From positions 1-50,978 of the forward strand of contig CAMOZC010000001.1 of the NCBI GenBank assembly GCA_946630785.1: a stretch of DNA of 50,978 bases. The letters are read 5' to 3'. A model generated the notes under the pieces. The model saw only the letters and a program-made list of their open reading frames with translations. It was not told the origin of the DNA and did not search any database. The position numbers and the translations under genes are program-made. How positions within the stretch are numbered: position 1 is the first letter of the stretch; each line of letters begins with the position of its first letter. Shown piece after piece: positions 45,272-50,978 of this stretch. This DNA is from an uncultured Clostridia bacterium. GTDB taxonomy: Bacteria; Bacillota; Clostridia; Christensenellales; UBA1242.

Positions 45272-46291
45272 TTAGTTATCTTTTTTCTTATGATGTCTTG
45301 AACGTGGTTTCTTTTTTGGTTTGTTGAAAAAATGGCGGTTGGGAATCATCCAAATTGCGGTGGCAATACAAACTGCTACTGTCGCTGCAATGATAATCCA
45401 AAATGCATTTAGTCCAGGTAGTTGGTCAAATGGTAGGTGTACGTTCATGCCGTAAATACCAGCAATTAACGTTGGAATGGCCAAGATGATGGTAACGATA
45501 GTTAATAAACGCATACGTTCGGCCAATTGGTTACTGATAATGTTTGAGTAGGTGCCCATAGTTTCGCTCATTAACTCGCGTTGCAGATTACATGTCGCGA
45601 ATGCTTGTTTGATTTCGACGACGATGTTTTCCAATGTTTCGACATCGTCTTCAGTTAAACCTTTTTGATTCATTAATTTTTCGGCTACAATAATGTTTTG
45701 ACGTAATGACGAAGCAAAATAAATTAGCGCATTTTTTAAACGCATTAATTCACGCAAACTGGAATCAGCATCGCGTGCTTCCATTAATTTACTTTCTAGG
45801 CGGGTACTGGATTTATCAACTGCGCGTAAATAAACTTCATACAAACTATGGAAGGCTAACAAAAACTGGTAAGTAATTTTTTGGCTATCCAATAAGATGT
45901 TGGTACGCAGTGTTCCTTGTTTAATTTCGTGGAATTTAAAATTTTCTTGTAAACAAACAGTGACGGTTAAGTTACCTTTCTGAATAATTGACAATGGAAT
46001 CGTGGTGTAGGGGGCATCGCTATCGGCATCACGTTGAATGACGGGAATATCAAAAACCGTTAAGGTGTAATGAGTGTCATCATCTTCGTCAAGACGTGGA
46101 CCTTCCTCATCATCCAAGGCGGAACGCACAAAATCTTCGGGAATTTTTAATTCTTCGACAACGCGGTGAACTTCAATTTCGTTAGGATTGGTTAATTGAA
46201 TCCAAATGCGTTCATCGGTGGGCAAAGAAGAAAAATCGATGTTGTCCATTTTGACGTATTTGCCGTCTTTGTTCATCAGAATGTTTGTCAT
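45272..46291 (-). CDS. corA: CorA-family Mg2+/Co2+ transporter (339 aa)
   Basis: YGMNV (GMN motif) before the last TM helix, and a basic C-terminal tail. The start was moved to 46291 because a promoter lies there: TTGACT (46326-46321), 18 nt, TACAAT (46302-46297), 5 nt, ATG. Confidence 0.88.
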   Translation of the reverse strand: MTNILMNKDGKYVKMDNIDFSSLPTDERIWIQLTNPNEIEVHRVVEELKIPEDFVRSALDDEEGPRLDEDDDTHYTLTVFDIPVIQRDADSDAPYTTIPLSIIQKGNLTVTVCLQENFKFHEIKQGTLRTNILLDSQKITYQFLLAFHSLYEVYLRAVDKSSTRLESKLMEARDADSSLRELMRLKNALIYFASSLRQNIIVAEKLMNQKGLTEDDVETLENIVVEIKQAFATCNLQRELMSETMGTYSNIISNQLAERMRLLTIVTIILAIPTLIAGIYGMNVHLPFDQLPGLNAFWIIIAATVAVCIATAIWMIPNRHFFNKPKKKPRSRHHKKKDN

Positions 46292-46296
46292 GCGAC

Positions 46297-46375
46297 ATTG
46301 TATTCCACAATTTGAAATAAAGTCAAGAATTGTTGCAAATAATATCTTGCCAATCCTTGGGTTTGGCTTTATAAT
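46297..46375. promoter_or_regulatory. Divergent promoters for corA and the giant surface protein gene, both leaderless
   Basis: Plus strand: TTGCCA (46347-46352), 17 nt, TATAAT (46370-46375), 7 nt, ATG (46383). The minus-strand elements are given in the corA entry. Confidence 0.7.
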
Positions 46376-46382
46376 TATCAAC

Positions 46383-49300
46383 ATGGACAAATTAAAGAAA
46401 GGTTTATTAAAATTATTTGCACCAGCCATCGTTTTATTATTGGTGGTAGCAATGGGTGTTTTTAGTCCGGTCGTTTCTGTGGTTGCAGCTTTGCGTTTGT
46501 CGATAGCCGCTGCGGCTACTCCGGTTGATTGTGTTATCACTAATTTACCGGCACGTACCGTAAAAGTTGGCGACAAAATTTTGAATGCGGAATTGCCAAG
46601 TGTAACCAACGGTTATGTTAAACTTGTGCATGCAGGCAAAGAAGTTGCGGTCGCGGGACTTAGCAGTGGTTTTGTATATAGTGAAGTCGGTCAATATGAA
46701 TGGCGCTTCTATACAGATTCTGATGTTTTGTTTGATACTTATATGGTAACAGCAACCAAAACTGCTTATACCATGTCAATGCCAAGCGATGTTATCACTG
46801 TTGCGCCAAAAGGTTTGAATCAGTTAGAATTGCCTTTGCCAAATCGTTATACAATTGCTGGTGAAACTGTCGAAGTTGATACCGTTGCCAGTGACAATGG
46901 TTTTGCCGCTATTACTTTTAAAGATCATGCTGAAGTTTATCATTTGGTAGCCAAAGTTTCATTGGAAAATGATACCTTTGCTGCTGATAAAATCACTTAT
47001 GGTCAAAAGAACATTACAATTGATTTAAATGGTCATAAAGACAGTACTGGTAATTTGAAAGTTACTTATTTATTAAAAAATGATAGTGACAAATTATTAG
47101 TTGCAACTCCGTTAACTGATATTGAAATCAAAAATGTTAACAAGAGTGATGTAACTTTTGCTAATATTCCAACTGCACCAAGTGTTTCCAACTTGTCATA
47201 TTATTCAAGTGTTAGTTTGACCGCACCAGCAGCCGACAGTGCAAAAGTTGGTTCAACATCATTTGCGGTTGAAGCAAAAACTTCGATTGCTCAAGTTCAA
47301 GTTTATTTATTCCCAACCGAACCAAAAAAATGGAACGGTAATGCGGATGTTCATACTTTGACAGTAGATGCTAATGGCGTAGTGAAAGAAGGTAACACCG
47401 TTAGTGACCTTTTGGAAATTGATGGTTTGAATGTTAAAGTTAAAGCCTTGGGTTGGTATCGTTTCCAATTCCAAACCTCAACTTTGTTTGGCTACAAAAT
47501 GGACGACAAATTTGACAACTATGATGCTATTGAGCAAGATGGTGACAAATCATATGTTCGTTACTGGAGTGATACTGTTCGTATTTATCGCGACAGCATT
47601 GAACCAAACTTTGCTTGGGTTGATGACTATAACGCTGTAGATGCGAATGGGGAATATACTGATGAAGTTAAAAACCAAGTAAAGAAATACAATGAAAACT
47701 TCAGTGATTATTTAGATGACTATGATGCTTATTTACCGATGACCGAAAAACCAAGCGCAACAACCGCCAAGAAAGTTACGGTTAATTTCAATCAAGGTTT
47801 AGTATTACCAGCAATTTTCCCACACGATAATGCAACTTCATTTGCCGATATGCAAGTTACTGCTTTCGCGATTGACCAAATTGAAGACGCTGATGGTAAC
47901 ACAGTTTCTGACAATTATGTATGGAAAGGTGAAAATTCTAGTGAAAAATATTTCAAATATGATATGCGCAAACATTTGCAAATTACTTTCGCCGATAATG
48001 GTACCAATGGTGGTGCGCAAGGTGAAAATAATCTTGTCGTTTTGAAAAAATCCGCAGGTTTGTACCGTGTACGTATCGTTGTTGAAGAAAAACAACCAGT
48101 TTTCGCTGGTAACAACGAAAAATACAGTGGTGGATATGCTCAAACCAAAACGAAATATTTATATTTCTATGTTGAAGACGAAAGTAGTTTTGATGTAGCT
48201 GGCGACGGAAGCAATTCTCCAGTAATTGATGAAAGTAAAGCTTTCCAAGTTAGTGACGTTTATTTATGGGAAGGTAGCACTTTTGATTTTGCTGTACCAA
48301 GTATTGATGATGCACACACCTCCAATAACGCACTTAATGTTGATTACTATTTAGTATACAAAAACGCAACATCGAATGAAGTTGTTGCCAAATTGGATTA
48401 TACTAAAGGTGCTGCACGTATCAATGTTGATTTAAACAACTTGAAAAAAGAAGACGGTACAAAAGTTACTCTTGCTGATTTAGACGAAAATGGTACCTAT
48501 TACATTTATGCTGTTGCCCAAAATTTTAACGGCATGCAAGCAGATTTGAAATACAAATTGGGTATTGCCGGTGCCGATAAAGATGCAACACATTTCCAAA
48601 CAAGTTTGTTCAGTGTGACTCCTTATGGAACTGAAGACGAAGTTGCTCGTTATGGCTTTGCATGGAAACGTGCTGAATTCAAATTGCATGATGTAGATTC
48701 TGCTAATACTGCACAAATTAACTTTAGCGATAGTAATGTTGTTGCTGAGGATGGTTTTGTTGCTGGTAAGACGATTAAAATCACCAACGTTAATGCAAAA
48801 TGGAACGGTAGTGCTAAAGTTGATGGACAATTGAGTGTTGCGGTTTACCAAGTTAAATCAGGTAAATTACAAGCCGTCAATTTGGTTAACAAAAATGATA
48901 CCAGTGCCGAAGTTGTTAGTACCTATACTTTCAAACGCAACGAATTAAACATTAACGAATTATATTTCACGCCAGGTGTCAGCGGTGATTACATTTTTGT
49001 AATTGCTGTTAAAGATAATGCAAGCAGCAAAGTTACCACCAAGGTTACCAAAATAACAATTGGTGCTAACAGCGATATTGGTGTACGTCCAAGATCTTTG
49101 AACACTGCAGCTGTTAACAGTGATACAGTTGATGCTTCAATCTCTGTTGGTGAAAGTTTAACTTTGCCTGACTATGATTTAGTTGATAGTAGTAACAAAT
49201 TACTCTATACAGCTAAGAACCACGAATTATTTGAATATGATACTAATGGCGTAATGAACACAACCGCCGTTGGTGACTATACTGTTACCGTAATGGGTGT

Positions 49301-50786
49301 TAACGATCCTAACTGTGTAACTGGTAACAAATTTGTACCAAACAAAACTGGTAAATATAAATTCAAATATGAATTCTACCGCGGTGCCGCATTGGTAAAA
49401 ACTGTTAATTATATTGTTCAAGTTAACAACGCTAATGATAGTACCAGTATTTTGATGGGTGAAGACTACAATGAGAAAACTATCCGTTGGGTTGCAACCA
49501 CTACCGATGCCGTTGCAAATGATACTGCAACAATCGCTGGTACAACCTATCACGTCGGCGCGAACGAAACTGGTACTTCAAGTAAACCGGCTTATGCCAT
49601 TACTTTGCCACAATTCCAATTGGCAAACTATGGCGCTGCAACCGACTTCGTCGTTGATACAGCTTCATTATTTGATTATTTGGAACCAATCTATGGTGCA
49701 AAAACTGCAACTAATGATTCTAACATTACCGGTTATATGTATCCAGCTATCTTGATTCCAATGCCAAATATCGTGAAAGATACGGCAAGTTCTGATGAAG
49801 TTGAAATTACTGTTCAAAAGAGCGGAAGCAGCAACTACTTAGTATCAAGCAAAAAATTGAACGCAGGCGGCAGCAAAAACAAAGCCAGCGTGATTGATAA
49901 AATTGATGATTATTATGTTTTCCGTCCAGAAGGAACTTTCAGCAAGGCTTGTGAAAACGCTACTCCAGATAACTATTTATTAACCGCTAACAGTAAAAAT
50001 GGTGCTTCAGGTGTTTATACGATTACCTACAAAACTAGCACCGCTAGTGTTAGTTACAACATTACCATTGGTAACTTGAAAAATGGTGAAATCAGCTGGA
50101 ACGATGGTTTCTTAACCTACAACAATGGTAAAGAAGATAAGAATATTACTGAAGCTTCTGACGATTTAATTATCGACAAAGACAGTGACGGACATCGTTA
50201 TGTAACCATTGATATGTCAAAATTGTTCTTCAGTGGTAACGATGACATGTTGGATTTAATTGCTCAAGGTCCAAATGGTGACGGAACTACAACTGGTTAC
50301 AACAGTGATAATTCTGATGCTGCTACCGAATACTACTGGTCAAAAGTAACTGTAACAGTTTACTATGAAGACGGCTCATTCGTCGATTATGACGATTGGT
50401 CTGATGCTGCGGATGCAACCGCTGCGATTAAGAACCACAGCAACTATACCTACAAATTTGATTTAACCAAGGGTAGTGGTACTTATAAAGTTACTGTTAA
50501 AATGACCAACAGTTATACTTCAAGTCCAGTATCTAAATCAATTGAATTTACCCTTGATGCTGAATCAACCAATAAAAACGTTAACTTGAACACTGTTTGG
50601 GGTGTTATCTTAATCGTCTTATCAGTTGGTTTATTAGCGGGCGTTATCTTCTACTTCGTTAAGACTGCACGTGCAACACGTTTCGTTGATGCACCACGCG
50701 CTATGAAAACTAAAGACAAAAAAGAAGACGATAAAAAAGTAGCTGCTACAAAAGACGCGGAGGCTCCGAAGAACGATGCTAAATAA
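46383..50786 (+). CDS. Giant (1467 aa) surface protein with multiple Ig-like beta-sandwich modules, an N-terminal signal/anchor and a C-terminal TM anchor with a charged tail
   Basis: N-terminal helix LLKLFAPAIVLLLVVAMGVF. At least 8 recurring strand motifs G-x-Y-x-h-x-h (GQYEWRFY, GWYRFQF, GLYRVRIV, GTYYIYAV, GDYIFVIAV, GKYKFKYEF, GVYTITYK, GTYKVTVK). C-terminal helix VWGVILIVLSVGLLAGVIFYFV followed by a K/D/E-rich tail. No LPXTG. Confidence 0.8.
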   Translation: MDKLKKGLLKLFAPAIVLLLVVAMGVFSPVVSVVAALRLSIAAAATPVDCVITNLPARTVKVGDKILNAELPSVTNGYVKLVHAGKEVAVAGLSSGFVYSEVGQYEWRFYTDSDVLFDTYMVTATKTAYTMSMPSDVITVAPKGLNQLELPLPNRYTIAGETVEVDTVASDNGFAAITFKDHAEVYHLVAKVSLENDTFAADKITYGQKNITIDLNGHKDSTGNLKVTYLLKNDSDKLLVATPLTDIEIKNVNKSDVTFANIPTAPSVSNLSYYSSVSLTAPAADSAKVGSTSFAVEAKTSIAQVQVYLFPTEPKKWNGNADVHTLTVDANGVVKEGNTVSDLLEIDGLNVKVKALGWYRFQFQTSTLFGYKMDDKFDNYDAIEQDGDKSYVRYWSDTVRIYRDSIEPNFAWVDDYNAVDANGEYTDEVKNQVKKYNENFSDYLDDYDAYLPMTEKPSATTAKKVTVNFNQGLVLPAIFPHDNATSFADMQVTAFAIDQIEDADGNTVSDNYVWKGENSSEKYFKYDMRKHLQITFADNGTNGGAQGENNLVVLKKSAGLYRVRIVVEEKQPVFAGNNEKYSGGYAQTKTKYLYFYVEDESSFDVAGDGSNSPVIDESKAFQVSDVYLWEGSTFDFAVPSIDDAHTSNNALNVDYYLVYKNATSNEVVAKLDYTKGAARINVDLNNLKKEDGTKVTLADLDENGTYYIYAVAQNFNGMQADLKYKLGIAGADKDATHFQTSLFSVTPYGTEDEVARYGFAWKRAEFKLHDVDSANTAQINFSDSNVVAEDGFVAGKTIKITNVNAKWNGSAKVDGQLSVAVYQVKSGKLQAVNLVNKNDTSAEVVSTYTFKRNELNINELYFTPGVSGDYIFVIAVKDNASSKVTTKVTKITIGANSDIGVRPRSLNTAAVNSDTVDASISVGESLTLPDYDLVDSSNKLLYTAKNHELFEYDTNGVMNTTAVGDYTVTVMGVNDPNCVTGNKFVPNKTGKYKFKYEFYRGAALVKTVNYIVQVNNANDSTSILMGEDYNEKTIRWVATTTDAVANDTATIAGTTYHVGANETGTSSKPAYAITLPQFQLANYGAATDFVVDTASLFDYLEPIYGAKTATNDSNITGYMYPAILIPMPNIVKDTASSDEVEITVQKSGSSNYLVSSKKLNAGGSKNKASVIDKIDDYYVFRPEGTFSKACENATPDNYLLTANSKNGASGVYTITYKTSTASVSYNITIGNLKNGEISWNDGFLTYNNGKEDKNITEASDDLIIDKDSDGHRYVTIDMSKLFFSGNDDMLDLIAQGPNGDGTTTGYNSDNSDAATEYYWSKVTVTVYYEDGSFVDYDDWSDAADATAAIKNHSNYTYKFDLTKGSGTYKVTVKMTNSYTSSPVSKSIEFTLDAESTNKNVNLNTVWGVILIVLSVGLLAGVIFYFVKTARATRFVDAPRAMKTKDKKEDDKKVAATKDAEAPKNDAK

Positions 50787-50802
50787 GACTGAAACGCGTG
50801 TG

Positions 50803-50978
50803 ATGTCATACATCTTTGAAAAATGCAAAGGCGAGAACAAGGGGATTTTTACCCCGAAAGAATTGCTCTCGGCTTTGATGCCAAAGTATGAAATTACTGC
50901 TAAACAGTTGGATGTAGTGATGAGCAACTTGGCCTTAGATGATTACATTGAATACGAAAAAAAAGATAAAAATGGAAA
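50803..50978 (+). CDS. Partial ORF (5' end only), possible small winged-helix-like protein
   Basis: Open frame MSYIFEKCKGENKGIFTPKELLSALMPKYEITAKQLDVVMSNLALDDYIEYEKKDKNG runs off the window end. No strong motif. Confidence 0.35.
   Translation, partial: MSYIFEKCKGENKGIFTPKELLSALMPKYEITAKQLDVVMSNLALDDYIEYEKKDKNG

Noticed and set aside
46206-46609. Apparent 400-nt antisense overlap between the 445-aa minus-strand ORF (corA) and the 1526-aa plus-strand ORF.
   Set aside because: Both long forms are ORF-finder extensions. Consensus leaderless promoters place the real starts at 46291 (corA, MTNILMNKDG) and 46383 (MDKLKKGLL signal sequence). This leaves a normal 91-bp divergent intergenic region. 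The extended N-termini have no CorA-like or signal-like features.

Overview
This is a 51-kb chromosomal window from a low-GC, standard-genetic-code organism that looks monoderm and genome-reduced. Gene content and synteny resemble Bacillota/Mollicutes. Most of the window is housekeeping: tig-clpP-clpX, rpsL-rpsG-fusA, tmcAL/ackA, rpmF-hflX, glnS, ychF, a nine-gene Enterococcus-type V-ATPase operon (ntpFIKECGABD order, minus strand), a PMCA-like P-type ATPase, two tandem SurE-like genes with cmk, an Asp23-like gene with nusB-xseA-xseB-recN, and corA. I found no rRNA, tRNA, CRISPR array, transposase, integrase or relaxase. The main candidate for a novel system lies at 19029-27725. A 2021-aa polytopic membrane protein (VirB6/TrbL-like transmembrane (TM) clusters, a very large exposed domain and a roughly 880-aa hydrophilic tail) is followed 6 nt later by an 874-aa VirB4/TraE-class ATPase that carries an N-terminal VirB3-like TM hairpin. 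This is a promoter-to-terminator, two-gene T4SS-like module sitting between ychF and the V-ATPase operon, with no other conjugation or mobility genes in the window. Other notable points: (1) at least 11 transcription units have a -10 box 5-8 nt upstream of the ATG, suggesting leaderless mRNAs, often as back-to-back divergent promoters; (2) a G11 tract lies in the promoter spacer of a lipoprotein gene; (3) a BspA-type LRR surface protein is built from near-identical 69-bp tandem repeats; (4) a 1467-aa multi-Ig-like surface protein is anchored by a C-terminal TM helix; (5) both SurE paralogs have degenerate catalytic motifs; (6) several conserved proteins have lost domains (YchF, HflX, XseA, AckA, NtpC, Tig). 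All functional calls come from motif recognition by eye and no database search was run.
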